Shown here: positions 24,266-38,758 of the stretch, piece after piece | Layout of the letters: every line of letters begins with the position of its first letter | Position numbering within the stretch: the stretch's first letter is position 1 | Source: Carcharhinus amblyrhynchos | Taxonomy: Eukaryota | NCBI GenBank assembly: GCA_965287045.1 | Contig: OZ336889.1 | Location: 16,554,001 to 16,618,000, forward strand | Length of the DNA: 64,000 nt | Direction of reading: 5' to 3' | The notes under the pieces: generated by a model | Told to the model about the DNA's origin: nothing | Seen by the model: the letters and a program-made list of their open reading frames with translations, nothing else | Databases searched by the model: none | Translations under genes and position numbers: made by a program

Positions 24266-26367
24266 CATAATGGCCCTTAGGAAACAGGAAACTGTGTTTG
24301 GGGGGGGGGGAGCTTGATTAAAATTGTGGAGGGCTAGTTTAGATTGCCAATGTTATCTTGCCTCTGGGATTGAAGTGGACATGCTACCTTCCCCAGTGAA
24401 ATGGGTAGCCAATTTACATGAAGTGCAGATTGCTGATAATAGGATAACTTCCCACTGTTTGGGAAGAAGCAAAGAACAGCTCAGAGAAGGAATCCTCTCA
24501 GGTCAAAAAAAGGCTGTGGGTAGGAAAGCAGTACCACTGGTTTCAATCCTGGACCAGGGCATGAGTTGGCCTGGGAGGTGGTAGAAGACACCATGGAGAG
24601 TGGTGTGGGCTGGAGGGCCTAATTTGCTTATGAAGCAACTGGAACCAAGTCCAGAGAACAAGGTGGACTTTCTTGCCAGCTTGCCTCAATGCTGCCCTGC
24701 CTTGTGGCCACCTTTTGCCTCCAAGGTCAGTGGGCTTGAGGCCAAAACTGAACCTGGTCCCTGGAGCTATGAGGCAGCAACACTAACCCCTGCACCACCA
24801 TGCCATTGTACAGACACAGTGCTAATTTTAGGTGGTTTAAGTGTTGCTTTGTGATTGACCTTTCCATATACATTACAAACACTGTATAGTCAAATACAGT
24901 TGAATTTATAATACAGCTCCATGTTTTTGCCTATATTTGATGTAAATTTACATCAGGTTTTTGATTCTATTGATCCCAATGAAAGAAACCAGCTCTAAAT
25001 GTTTTGTCATATCTGTTGCAGGTAATTTACTTTGAATAAAAATAAATCAATACTCCATTTTCACTGTCCACAAATTCATTAATGTTTATTAAAGGGTAGC
25101 TATAAATGAACAGTCATTAAAAAGAATCAAAGGTTTAACTTGAACTGTATGTAAAATTATTACAGTGCATTAAAATCAGTCAGCAAATCCTCCATGAATG
25201 TGTATCCTCATCCATCCAACAAAGTTCTTAGAAAAGGCACAAATGAGTTCTGAACTAACTTTTATCCTGCATCACCTGTAGCCTTTTTGCTAAACTCAAC
25301 TCTCAGTAATACTGAGACAAGGCATGCTTCTCATTGTTTGTGACAATCATTTACCTCTCTGTCTAAATTCTTCCAGAGAGCCAAGAAAGATCTGTTCTTC
25401 AGTTAACCTCCTGCATGGTTCACTAATCTTTGTACCATTTTGGAGGATCTATTTTAAGACAACAGTACCAGGCAAGACATCCAAAAATAATAGCACCTGT
25501 AACTTTAAGCAGTTTTGTGATTTGTGGGATCTACTAGAAAAGATATTAACTTTCTGAAGTAGTATAATCATGTATGTGCCTTGGGCACCATCTGTATACT
25601 GTCCACTTTGCTTCAGGTTATCGGGTGGAACTTACTGGTTTGCTCAATACGTTGAAATGTTTATTCACACGTTTTAGTGGGCTCCCTTGCCCACAAGGAG
25701 AGGTTCTCTCCAAGGAAAACACCTGTTCCTCATGAATGGGAACCATGTTGGCCTTCCAGTGGAATTGGAGGCTATTCAGGGATGTGGGAAGCACCCCTTA
25801 GGCAGTGCTAGATGGTACCCTGGTACTGCCCACCAGGTGGGGCCAGGGCAGACACCTGCCACTTTGCAGCACTGATTGGTGGGTGAGGGGGGGGGGGGGG
25901 GGCCTGTTGCCACTCTGCAGTTCTGACCGTTGGAGCTTGGTGCAATCTGTCTGGGTGGCAGAGGTTACATTTTCAGGTGGCGTGGGGCTTAAGTTATGGC
26001 CCTGCAATTGCAGGTGGGGCTAATAGGGCTCTCTCTCTCCCTCTATCAGGCCTCTGCTATTGCACACATTTGCAATAGCTCTCTTTGTTGTGGGCTGGCA
26101 AATCAAGTCCTGCCTACTGCCTATAATATCTAGAAATGGCCTTGGCTGTTATGTATACAAATCTGCAAAAAAAAAACTGCAACTCTTGCATTTTCACAGT
26201 AGCTGGAAACATTGAATTTTTCTCAAGTCCAGCTATCAGGTACTTTGATACCAGATACACGTAAAGTTAGTCACTATTTCATTGTCCATATCGTGAATCT
26301 TTATGTGAAAAATATTATTAACTGGCTACACTTAATTGTTTTGTTTGAGGAATTATCATACTGCTAC

Positions 26368-27312
26368 GAACTTCTTAACCCACAGACCACAATCAGTAAG
26401 GATAGGCAACAATATTGCCTCCACAATCATCCTCAACATGATGCCCCACAAAGTTGTGTCCTCAGCCCCCTACTATATTCCTTATACACCTGAGTATGTT
26501 AACAAACATTTCAAGTTAACAACTTGAAAATCAAGTTTTCTGACACCACCATAGTGGATCGGATCTCAAATAATGATGAGACGGAGTACAGGAATGAGAG
26601 AGAAACAACAATAAAGTCTCCCTCAGTGTCACCAAAACAAAGGAGATCATCATCAACTTCAGGAAGCGTAGTGGAGAATGTGTCCCTGTCTACATCAATG
26701 GGGACAAAGTAGAAATGGTTGAGGCCTTCAAGGTTTTAGCACCTGTCCTGGTTTTCCCCCATGCCAACACAATAGTTAAGAAAGCCCATCAACATCTCTA
26801 CTTTCTCAGAAGACTAAGGGAAATTTGGCATGTTCACTTTGACTCTCTCCAACTTTTACAGATGCACCATAGAAGGCTTTTTTTTCCTGGTTGTGTCGCA
26901 GCTTGCTATGCCCAGGACTGCAAGAAACTGTAAGAGGTCATAATTGTGGCCCAATCCATCACAACAACTAGCCTCCCATTCACTGACTCTCTACACTTTC
27001 TGCTGTCTGGGAAAAGCTGCCAACATAATCAAGGATCCCTTGGACAGACACTCTCCCACCTTCTTCCGAAGGAAAAAGATATAAAAGTCTAACATCATGT
27101 ACCAACCAACTCAAGGACAGCTTCTTCCCTGCTACCATCAGACTTTTGAAATGGATCTACCTCACACTAAATTGATCTTCCTCTACATCCTAGCTATGAC
27201 TAACACTGCATTCTGCACTCTTGTTTCCTTCCCTATGAATGGTATGTTTTGTCTATTGCGCACAAGAAACAACTTTTTGCTGTTTTACAAATACAAATGA
27301 GAATAAATCAAA
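26368..27312 (+). mobile_element. Rex1/Babar-type LINE 3' portion
   Basis: APQSCVLSPLLYSLYT, KFSDTTIVDRISNNDETEYRNE, IVKKAHQHLYFLRRL motifs typical of Rex1/Babar RT. Confidence 0.8.
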
Positions 27313-27780
27313 ACACTACTTTCTCAGGAAATAAACAAGGAGTCCATTGTCTCAAAATGTGACCAATATTTCAAACTGGGGACTTTTCTCATCCACAACA
27401 CACACATGGCCATCTCAACTATCACCATACCGAACCACGCACTCCCCATCTTGGTGTGGCTCTATTTATTTTACATTTTTTTAAAAAAAAGTGTAGGGTA
27501 CTGAAATTGTACCCCCCACCCCCAATTTTTAAATGCAAGAATTAAAACAAGTAAAAAAAAATGACAAACCTGATAAATGCTGCACAACCCTCATGTCATC
27601 TGGAATCCTGCCTATGAGGATCTGGAACCTCTAGTAAGGATTGTAAAATTATCCTCTGCATCTGCTTTTTTCGGCTGTGGATTCCTTCAACAGCCAGGGA
27701 TACAATCCATCTCACCCTAGGGATTTATCCATCTTCAAGAATGCCAGTTCTTCCAGTACTACTTTTTTCACCTGAAATAA

Positions 27781-28220
27781 GCAAAATACTGTGGATGCTG
27801 GAATCTGAAACCAGAACAGAGGATCCTGGAAAAAACTTAGCAGGTTTTCCAGCATCTATTAAGAGAAATATTGTTACAAGTGCTTTGACTCTTTGTAAGA
27901 ACTGTGGGGAGGGAGAAAGTGTTGGAGCTGTTGAAACTGCAACAAAAGTAGCAACTTTAAGAACAAAAGACAGATGGCCTGGTGTGAGAGGAGAGGGTGT
28001 TTGCATTGAGGCAACAAAATATACAAAGGCTTTTTTTTAAAGGCATTTAAATTGGAGGTGAAAGGTCAATATCTAAAATTGACCTCAACTTTGAACCCAG
28101 AGGGCTGCAACATGCCCAACCAGAAGATAAGATGCTGCTCCTCCAGCTTGCGCCAGGCTTCTGTGTGACTTCCTATTCCACTGGCAGACCTGCTGAGCTT
28201 TCTCTCTATCCTCATTTCTT
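27781..28220. mobile_element. Second Penelope-type family fragment with partial inverted end
   Basis: gcaaaatactgtggatgctggaatctgaaa...cttagcaggt mirrored by gacctgctgagctt; related to 20540-20700. Confidence 0.55.
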
Positions 28221-29770
28221 GCTATGTTTGTTGTATCAAATATTTCACACTCCTCTTAACTAGAATGTCCGAATTATACCTCCTCATTAATGAGCTGTGT
28301 CTACAATGAGAACTGTGACCACATCTTCTGGATCAACCCACCAGTTACCATGTAGATCTCTGATATGCTGTCCTTTCCTTAGTTATTCTCTTTGTTTTAA
28401 TGTATTGGTAAAGCATTTTTAGGATTTTTTTTGTCCTGTTGTCTTTTTGCTTTCTTAATTTCCATATTTATTTACACCCCTGTGTTTGGTTAAATAATTC
28501 CCACTTCAGCTGCTGCAGGAGTATTAACCCTGTGGAAAACATGAGAAGCTAACCCTGACATATTTGCATGTGAGCTCTCGAGAGGGGTTGCTCTTTCCAA
28601 GACACTTGGGTCCCATCAGGCACTACCTGATGGGACCCAACATCAGCAAGAGGGGGTGGCTGAATATCACTTCCCTGACTTTGCTACCCACCCTGTTTCC
28701 TACCCTTCCCTCTCATTTTCCCCCTGTTGCCACCATTAACCTGTGATCTGGGATCCACTGATGATCTTTGGCCTTGGGTGGATGTTAGAACGGGTGTACT
28801 TCAGCGGGACTGGAAGATCCCATTGGCAGCTGTTGGCGAACCACCTCTGCCATAGGAAAACCTGCCATGGAAGCTGGAGAATTTCTCAACCTGAGGTTTT
28901 TGCAGTAAGATTTGTTTCAGAGAAAGAGTTAGGACCAGTTAATACTACTTCCATTTGGCTTGGCAGCTCTCAGCGGGTGGGATTTCTGCCCCTTATCTCT
29001 GTGATGGCCAGCTGTTGTCCAATCAAATGCCTGATTGCAAGCCTTCTCAAAGAAGAATGCAGGGCTCACATCAGCTTTCCAGCTGGAGGTCCTGTTGCCT
29101 TTATTAAATCCAACCTAGTGTATGGGCCAGCAAGTAACTGTATGATCATGGGGATTGATTTTCAAAAAAGTGAGCTATTGTATTATGTGCCATTTTCAAC
29201 AGCCTTGTTGAGAACGAGACAAATTTACTGTTTTCTGTTTTGAAAATGATTTTTGGGATTATACAAATGCTTCGATTGAAGCAAAGAAAATACTTGAACA
29301 TAGTTATAACTACAGCCATCAAATACAGAGGCATGGTCTAAATTTAGTTGATTGCTATCTGTACACACGATTACAGATAATTCTTAGTAGACTGGCTCAG
29401 CTGCTTCACAGTGGGTGAATATATTTGACTAAAGTGAGGTATTAAGCATTTCAATATTATTAGCTGATATAAAACTATAATATATAAAGTCTGAATAAAT
29501 TGCTTACGGGGTGATATTAGAATTAGGATTTGAGATTGCTTTCCTTTCACAGCCAGAAATCTTTTATGGTGTGTATTGACTGACGATTGTGCTAACAAGT
29601 GACTGGTTTCTCGCTATTGTTTGTATAGACACTCCACCCATTTCAAATTCCATCCCTACCCCTAAAGGAAACAAAATAATGCTTAACCTGTAAAGTGCCT
29701 CCAGCCTGCCGTTGATTTACAACTAATTTCTAAAATAATGAAATGAGCCAGGTTATTTGGGATCAGTAAA

Positions 29771-30922
29771 GGTTTATATGGACTTTAGTAAGGTGTTTGA
29801 CAAGGTCCCACATGGCAGACTGGTACAAAAATGAAAATCATATGGGATTCGGTGTGGGCTGGCTAGATAAATACAGCACTGGCTTGGTTATAGGAGTGGT
29901 GGTGGAAGGGTGTTTTTCAGAATGGACATCTGTAACTAGTGGTGTTCTGCAGAGATCAATGCTGGGATCCCTGTTGTTTGTAGTGTATATATAAATGATC
30001 TGGAGGAAGATGTGGGCGGTCTGACTAGTAAGTTTGCAGGCAACACAAAGATTGGTGGAGTTGTTGATAGTGCCAGGGATTGTCACAGGATACAACAAGA
30101 TATAGATAGATTGGAGACTTCAGTGCACAGAATGGTAGATAGAATATAATCTAGAGAAATATGAGTTGATGCATTTTGGAGGGTCAAGTTTAGGTGTGAA
30201 TTATCTTGTAGATGGCAGAACCCTTGGGAACATTAACATGCAGAGGTTGCAGGTTCATGGTTCTCAAAAGAGGCAACACAAGTGACCAAGATGATTAAGA
30301 AGGCATATGGCATGCTTGCCTTCAAGCATCCGCCAGGGCATTGAGTGGAAGAGTTGGGAAATCATGTTGCAGCTACTTAAAACCTGATTAGGCCTCATTT
30401 GGAGTATTGCGTGCAGTTCTGGTCACCACACAACCAGAAGTTAGTGGAAGCTTTGGAGAGAGTGCAAAGACGGTTCACTGGGTGTTGCTTAAGAGGTGAG
30501 GTTGAATAAACGAGGATTGTTTTCACTAGAAAGACAGAGGCTGAGGGAAGATCTGACAGAGTTCTACAAAATTTATGGGAGGCATAGACAGGTAGATAGT
30601 CAAAGGCTTTTTCCTTTGGGGGGGGGGGGGCGGGGGGAGGAGTGTCAATTATAAGGGGACACAGATTTAAGGTGAGAGGGGGAAGTTTTAAGGGAGATGC
30701 ACAGGGGAAGTTTTTCATGCATAGAGTGCTGGGTGCTTGGAACCCGCTGCTAGAGGATGTGGGGGAAGTAGGCACATTGGCAACATTTAAGAGGCATCTG
30801 GATGGGTACATGAACAGAAGGATATAGACTGAGTATGGTTTTTTTTTAGTTTGGTTAGGGCATCATGATCAGCACAGACTTGGAGGGGCAAAGGGTCTGT
30901 TCCTGTGCTAATCTGCTCTTTG
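29771..30922 (+). mobile_element. CR1 LINE 3' fragment
   Basis: YMDFSKVFDKVPH, VTSGVLQRSMLGSLLF, RGHRFKV, KFFMHRVLGAWN motifs. Confidence 0.9.
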
Positions 30923-31769
30923 AGGCAATGAGTGCAAAAGGTTGTTCTATTAAGGGATTAAATACTTGAAGAAAATGTTATGAAGGATTGAGTCATTGAA
31001 GGAATTTAAATGTACTGAATTTTTAATCAATAAATGCTATTTTAAATAATTAAGTCATCAATAGACAATTAGAACTTTATTTAATTTTGTCTGTGCATTG
31101 TTCCCCAGATCTGCCCTGGTGTGAGGGCATGGTTTCGTGCAAAGTTGACAGAGGCTATTAAGTGTCATGGTGGGTAATGGGGTATAAACTGGCGTGGAAG
31201 ATGAGACTCCATAGAGGTGGGTTGGGGGGGGGTCATACAGTGGCTTGAGCTGGCATGGATGGGACATGGGATTAGCTGAAGATTTCATTCTCTTTCTTAC
31301 AAGTCATGGCAAACCAAGGCTGATCTTTCACACTGCAACTGGTACCTCCTGTGGTTGCCTCTGCACTGTTTCTGGGAGTAGCAGGCAGATGCTGAACCCC
31401 CACATGAAAATTAGAACATCTTGGTACACCTTTCCCAAGTTGGGTTTGTGGAATCTGTAATTTTCCTGACTCAGCACTCCCTACTTGGAAGCAAAAATCC
31501 TCCCTTAATCTGAGGGCATTATTATAATTTCACTTAAGAATAAAAAGATTTCCACTGAAGTGGCATAAAATGTTCGGAGTAATGCACCATGTTGCAATCT
31601 AGGCAGAATCTTGAATGAATACATGTAAAATCAAGTACCTGAACAATAATAATTTTTCATGATCTTCAAAACTTTGAGACTGATACCAGGACTTCATTTC
31701 ACAGCTGTAAAACAAGAATTGGATGATTCCAGAAATATATTGCGGCATATTCCAGTTGCAGCTCCTTGA

Positions 31770-33160
31770 AGCTCTGGTTTGAGCTGGAAAGACAGCTGGG
31801 GACACTGAAGAGCATCCACAAGTCTGAGAGCAATGTGGATAGCACTTTTTTAAAGAGGTAGTCAACCACAGCTGATTTGACCTGGGGAAGAAAGGGAATG
31901 GGTGACCACCAGGCAGTCCAAGAGATACAGGCAGGTCGTTCAAGAGTCCCTCAAGGTCCCATTTGCAAATTGTACAAAATTTCTGGTACAACATGCAGCC
32001 CCTCTTTACACGAGGGAAGGAAGAGCTATGTAATGGAGGATTCACTGTGGCCACAAATGTGATTCCAGGAAGATGTGTTGCCCTGCTGCTGCCAGGCACC
32101 AGGGATGTCACTGAATGGCTGCAGGGCATCCTGAAGAGGAAGGCAGAGGCCATAGAGCTAGTATTTCAAATCTGGATGACCCTTTGTCAGAGGTACATGG
32201 GTAGAAAGTGGGATGAGATCTTGCATTAAGGATTCAAGGGACTAGGCAGTAGATATAAAAAGTGGGACATCTTGGGTTATAACCTCTGGATTACTCCCAG
32301 TGTCACATGTTGCAAACATAGTAATAAGAGAATAGAACAGCTGAATGCATAGATTAAGGATTGGTGCAGGAGGGAGGGTTATAAATTCCTGGATCACTGG
32401 GAAAATTTCTGGGGAAGGTGGGACCTATCCAAGCAGGACAGTCTACATTTGAACCAGAGTGGGACTAATATTTTTGCAGGCAGGCTTGCTAATGTTGTTG
32501 GAAGGAATTTAAAGTAATTTGGCAGGGGGAGGGGACATAGACTGTTAGCAAAATTAGGGACACAACATAATACAGTAAAACAATAAAGAATGAGGGAGTA
32601 CAGATGTATTAGGTTTCAAGGGATTAAGGCAAGGTTACATTAATGCTTGGGATATTAGAGGTAAAACGGATGAGATAAGGGCAAGGATTGACTCATGGAA
32701 TTGCGATATAATAGCCATCATAGATACATGGTTGTGGGAGGGCTAGGATTAGTAGCTCAACGTTCCAGGGTACAGAATGAGACATGGGAGGGGGTAACAG
32801 AGGAGGAGGTACTGCCTTATTACTGGGTGGTATGGTGGCAGTGGTTAGCACTGCTGCCTCACAGCACCAGAGATCCGGGTTCGATTCTGGCCTTGGGTGA
32901 CTGTCTATGTGGAATTTGCACATTCTCTTCATGTCTGCGTGGGTTTCCTCAGGGTGCCCTGGTTTCCCCTCAGTCCAGAGATGTGCAGGTTAGGTGGATT
33001 GGCCATGCTAATGTCAGAGGAACTAGCTAGGGTAAATTGATGGGGTTATGGAGATGGGGATTGTGGTTGGTGCAGACTCGATGGGCTGAATGGTCTCCTG
33101 CACTGTAGGGATTCTTTGATTATTAGTTAGTCAGTTACTGCAGTAAGGAGAGATGATGGA
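31770..33160 (+). mobile_element. Decayed CR1 ORF1 (esterase) and ORF2 start, interrupted by a SINE
   Basis: LPGTRDVTEWLQGILK, KFLDHWENFWG..D.LHLN.SGTNI motifs, homologous to 11990-12420. Confidence 0.75.
32825..33120 (+). mobile_element. Full-length HE1-type SINE with CR1-like tail
   Basis: A-box tggcagtggttag, B-box ggttcgattct, V-core, tail gggctgaatggtctcctgcactgtagggattct. Confidence 0.9.
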
Positions 33161-33830
33161 GGTGGTCTTACCATCTTGTCCCACTGGTCAATCCACGTAG
33201 TGAGCTGGTAAGATCTCGAAAGAGGTGAAAAACTGGCTTTCAGCCTGTTTCTTGCCTCTCATGATACTACTGGTACTATGAAGCCAGTGCAAGCCCTGGT
33301 GGCAAAGCTGATTATAATATTTAAATCTTAATTAAAGTATTAATGAGCCTGGGTGGAATCGTCCAGTGGAATCATCTAGGCTCACTTGCCTTCAAGGTGA
33401 ATATTATGTATGGTCCTCATCACGTTTGGTCCCTAGTAATGGGGTCTTGTCATGATGGTCCTGTTAGTAAGACCAGAGACATTGAGGGGGCAGCCTGGCA
33501 CAACTCACTGGTCACCCTAGTGCTGCTCACCAGGCATTGGGCACTGCCAAGGAGTGAGGCCTAAGGGAGGGGTTATGACCTAAAGTGGTTGGAAGTTTGG
33601 GGTGGGGGGGACACACACTCTGAAATTGTGGATCACAGGCGGTGATGGATTATGGGACGGTGGGTGGGGAATGGAGGCTGCAATTGGCAGGCGTTGGAGA
33701 ATGGGGGTGGCAGTTGATGGGAATGGGAGGATTCGGAATGTGCCGTGATTGGTGCAGACTTGATAGGCCGGAGGGCCTCTTCTGCACTGTGAGATTCTGT
33801 GATGTTCTCTGAAAGCATGCTTGTAAATAG
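33160..33830. mobile_element. Harbinger-type non-autonomous element remnant plus CR1 3' tail (~33700-33810)
   Basis: ggtcttacc...gagctggtaagat motif also at 55645-55660 and 59220-59239. Confidence 0.45.
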
Positions 33831-34884
33831 GGGACTCTTTGGTGGCCTGATTTTCTTAAAAACTTAGTTACTTAAAAATTAAACTCGCAAAGGCAAGGCC
33901 TCTGCTTGAGACGTAACTAAAAAATTTAGTTAAAAACATAAAATCATAAGACAAACAAAACATTAACTTTCAGCTGTCGGGAGGCTTTTGGATGGTGGAA
34001 AAGCTCTGAGTCAATGCTACAAGAACCCTCTAAAGATCTAAGGCATTGAGCCAAGTTACAGTACAGTTACACCTTCCACTATCTAGGATACTCCTAATTA
34101 GGTTAGATTCAGTTTAATTTCATATTAACATGTCAATCCAAAACATGACAGACCAGCTCAGCCAATATGTTACTGAATGATATTTCATTTGTCTATCTTG
34201 ATGCTGGATTTCTTCCATCTGGCAAGACTAATTTCTTTGTTGCTAAGGATGCCTCTGTCCTAATACTATTCCCTTATTTCAAAAAAAAATCCGAGTGAGA
34301 CTCTTTTGGGCCCATAAAAAGACACCTGGAAGCTTTATTATTTCACTGTTTCAATAACTGTCCAGGACTCAACTATGATGTATATTCTGCTGACTAATAG
34401 ATTTTAGCTACTAAATGTTTGAACTCCTATCATTATTTCTGCAGTGCTCGCATTTTGACTGAGGCAAACAAATATATAAAAAATATACATATGTTAAAGT
34501 ACATCACTTAATATTTAAATATGAATAGTTAATTTAAAAATCATTTTAGTTTTGTCATTGCACTCACATATGAGCAAACTGTTAACATTATCTTGTTAGG
34601 TAAAAATGACCTTAACCCTTTCCCTCCAAGCTATCACTAAAAACTAAAAATCTGCCTGTGGATCTGCTGGCTGATTCAAAACCCCCTTCCACAACTCTAA
34701 GGGGAGCGAATTGAGGGAATGACCTGAAATGCATTACTAATGATTAAGCTAATATGCTCCAATTGCATTTTCTCTCCTGTTTTAATGATCTGCACAAAGT
34801 AAATGAAACTGCAGGTGCAGCCAAAAGGATCTTTGTAGATGACTGACAAAGCTGGATTCTGAGCAACGGTTCACTCAGAGGATG

Positions 34885-34894
34885 TTATAAATAG
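34885..34894. promoter_or_regulatory. MEF2 consensus site TTATAAATAG in a repeat-poor block
   Basis: Matches YTAWWWWTAR; nearby E-boxes CAGGTG and CAGCTG. Confidence 0.3.
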
Positions 34895-37189
34895 CCATGA
34901 ATTGAAATAACAACAGCCCTAATATAACGCTTGTAATACTCTCATTTCATTCTGCAGAAGAGAAAATTCTAGCAGCATTTTAAATTTTCAACATTCCTGA
35001 AGTGTGCCATGATGTGATTTAATGGCTTGTGCTAAAGTAAGGGATAATATTGCAGCTGTTCAACTTTTATAATATTTTATACTTCTCTTTCATCATTTTT
35101 ATTAATGTCTTGGCAGCTGTTGAAATGCTGCCCAAGATTCTGTTCTGCTGGCACACAGTAAGGTATCATAGTTGAAACAGTTCAATAAAATAATGGACTG
35201 AAGGATCAAGCAGATTTTAAAAAATCCAGTAATAGTAAACCCGTGCTCTAATTTGAGAGTGATATATTCAAAAGGTTGTTTTCTTAGTCACATGGAACAC
35301 TTGCCAATATCAAGTTTTCCTATTTACAAGGATATGAGGTCAAAAAGACAACACACATGTCACTCGAGGTTTCATTCACCACTATTTCCCAGTTCTGATG
35401 CTGACTGCCCAACAAATTTAAACTATTTATATAACCACTGCTTATATTTTAAAACCATGAAAAAAAATCAATATAACTATTTTTTGTCCAGCAACTGGAA
35501 ATAATGAGTGCCTTGAGTATTAAAAAAACACCAGCCTTTCCTATATATAACTTCTAGAAAGAGGCACTGCAGAGTGAAGCAGAAATTAATGATCTCATTG
35601 TTATGGAATATATTTATTCTGATTGGAATACAAGTGAAACTCAATTTTTCTTGTCTCCTTCCATTACCATCCACCTCAAACAATTCTAATAGTTTGTGAT
35701 TTCTGGCATCCGTGGGGTATCTCAATCTTTGAATGAGGAATGGATACTGATGCACTCATGTTCTTGATTTGGATACTGGTTGTTTAAAAGAAAAAGGGAG
35801 CTGTTTTCATCCAGAATGTGATTTTTGGTTCAAATGTGTCACTGTTATTTAGATTAGATAATCCTCACATTTATACCTTTTATAGTTGCTCAATTATTGG
35901 CTGCTGATTCAGACTATCATTAAACAGTGCCACACTCCTGCTATGTCCCATATGTGACATGATTGAGTTCTATTCAGGATGTTATTTTACATGAGAAGGG
36001 TAAGCTAAGTTTACCAAATGATTAGATACATAAATATTGTATGATTAACATGTATTTCAGCAAACTTAAACATGTGAATTCCATGTATATATTGGACTTA
36101 CTGAATGCAAAATAAAAAAAATACATTACCCTAATCACCCTCCCATGCCAGTTGTGCAGAAGCTTGCGTCATTGTATCACAAACTCTTTATAACGCCACC
36201 CTAATATTTAGCTTTTGTACATAAAATAGGGTTAAATCTTACCAAAGATTGGCAGAGCATTGATCCTGGCACAAAAACGAGGTGTTTCCCACCAATGATG
36301 CTAGTGTTTTCGGGTCAAATCTTACACCCCTCTAGAGATGACTTATATGCTCACAAGCATCACACCAAACTTGCACGTGTTCCATCTGATTCACCCACTC
36401 CTCAATGAGTGAACTGGTGCAACCACTGAAGAGCTTCCTATAAATGGCTCCCAGTACTTATTTTACAATGACTGCAGGGATTGGCATTCAAGAAGGGGCC
36501 CTCCGCATGATACTGGATGCTTCATGCGTTGGAACTGCAGGCATTGACATCTAAGAAGGGGCCCTCCGGATGATGATACACCACCTGAAGACGCCCCATC
36601 ACCATCTTAAGTGTTGACGCTCTCCCGATCTGTCACTGCAGGACAAGCTAACCACGACAGGCGTGAGTGGGCACAGCGAGCTGGAGTCATGCCTGAGCCT
36701 GAAAACCCAAGCAATCCCTCAAGCTGGCTGGGGAGAAGGAAGACTGTACCTGCGCTGCTAGTGAAGTGGGTAGCAGAAGAACATGAAAGTCTACAACACA
36801 TATACTGTCATTCCTCAAGTCTCAAATATGTAATCAGTGCTTCCCTATATCCTCCATGTCCCTGCTTTTGTAGGTTGGCCAGCAGAACAGACTGCATCAT
36901 CCTTGGGCCACTGGTCCCATGGATTCTAGCCAGAGGGGGACTTTGCCAACCCCATCATTGATGAGGTGTCACAGCTGTCACCCACACCTGGCACCCAGTG
37001 CAGATACTTGCACTTTGGTGGGATTATTAAGTAGACAGGCTTCTGGGACACTCACTGGTGTGAACCTCACAGCTAAAAATCCACAGCATTTAGAGACAGT
37101 GATGATCCAGGGAACTGATACTTGGAAGGATGTAGAGCTAGGACTCTGCTGACCCCTTGCCAATGATGTGCCCCTGGGCCTGGTTCTGC

Positions 37190-37710
37190 CACAGACAAGC
37201 TGCAAATTGAAAGATGAGTATCCCTTGTGGTTCATGAATGATGCAACCTGATGCCATGGAGTGTGCAGGGCCACGGAGGTGAAGTCAATCAGTCTTTGCA
37301 CCTAGGGCAGTCCTACCTGGAGATGCCCATAGCCCCGGCATCTTACTTAGCCTGGTCCTGGTCCAAGTTGATATACGTGTAACCTCTTGCAAAAAGAGCA
37401 TCTGAGACCTCCCAGAAGCATTCAGGTCACCCGTGCTGCCCTGGAATGAGCCAGTCACATGGAAGTTCTCAGAGTTGTTGAGAGTTTAAGGGCCACAGGA
37501 GTGGGTCCTCCTAATCCATGTGGTGCCAGCTCTTGCAGGGTCTGATAGAGGTACACCATCCTCCTGGGACAGATGCAACCTTCTACAGGTCTGCATCTCT
37601 GACATATGCCAGTATGATGATCGATGTTGGAATACCCTTGGCCAATATCCACACATCTGTGATGCTGCTCCTTGAATAGCAATAGGCCCAATCTCTTTCT
37701 CCTTGGCACG
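37190..37710 (-). pseudogene. Harbinger transposase pseudogene fragment
   Basis: ORFs 37455..37709 and 36978..37301 (N-terminal part) carry HARBI1-like motifs with frameshifts. Confidence 0.75.
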
Positions 37711-38758
37711 GCGCTAAGGAGGCGAGGTGCTGCAATGTTTTGGTGTCACTGCCACTGCTTTATGCCAATAATTAGGATAGACAACTCGACAGGCTCCATG
37801 ATCTTCCAGACCACGCACTTCAAACAAGAGAAAACCACAATGAGCTACAAGGGTTTATGAGGCCCACCCCCACCCACCTGCCTGCCCAAAAAGAAACCTG
37901 ACATCATCACGTCAGAGGGCAGTTGAATGGTGACCACCAATGTTTGCATCCTGAAGAGGGATGCTGCCGATGCACCCTGTCATGACCTTGAGTACGTTGC
38001 ATGATGATAGACGTCACCATCACATCTTGCATTGGTGGCGGGGAGACAGTTATCTGTGCGATATTGCAGCTCTTTTGAGAATGTCAGTACAATGACTGGG
38101 ACGTTGGCTTGTGACGGATAAACAGTTGGCCTCCACTAAATGGCAGTGCTTTTTGGCTGCACGCCATTTAATGGCATGATCAGCCAGGGGAGGCTGAGGG
38201 TATCTGTTCAGCCAAGTGTCTACCTGTTGTGGTAGATGAGGCACAGCTGCAACATGAGGCCATCAATTAGCCTATGCAGTTCATTCCTGGAGGGCACACA
38301 CTTGTTTCTCCCAGGCGACAAGAGGTGCAGAGTTGAGCAGACTTCCGTGATCCATTGAGATCTACTATTGTACACAAGCACCCTCTAACAACTGATTTTT
38401 GGCTTTCTGGGCGACTTCTCCCCTTTGCCCTCACACCATTGCCTGTGTGGGTTCCAATAATACTGCAGTCATCCTCCCTTGAGTGAGAGACCCCTCAGGC
38501 TGCATGAAGAGTGATGCAACCCATTTTTGATTCCCCTACAGTGCCCTAACAGCCTGACCTCTCATGGGACCCCAACTGGTAACTCAAAGTTGCCACCAGT
38601 GCTGAGCCGTCTCGCCTTCTGGCTAGCCCATGACAGGAACCCAGAGAGGAGATCATGGAAAGTACTGGCTTGCATACCAGTCTGCACAATGCTTTTAAAG
38701 CAAGAGACACCCCAAAATAAAAGGAAGGCCTGCAAGTGACCCCTGCGGATTCCTTCCC

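Noticed and set aside
28743-29243. 166-aa ORF and other short ORFs (e.g. 35477..35755, 48984..49232)
   Set aside because: No recognisable domains or splice context; consistent with chance ORFs or decayed repeats.
30617-30640. Poly-G runs (also ~25885-25901) as G-quadruplex elements
   Set aside because: Homopolymer expansions inside decayed repeats; no evidence of function and length is error-prone.
32825-32895. tRNA-like A/B boxes
   Set aside because: They are SINE heads followed by V-core, not tRNA genes.
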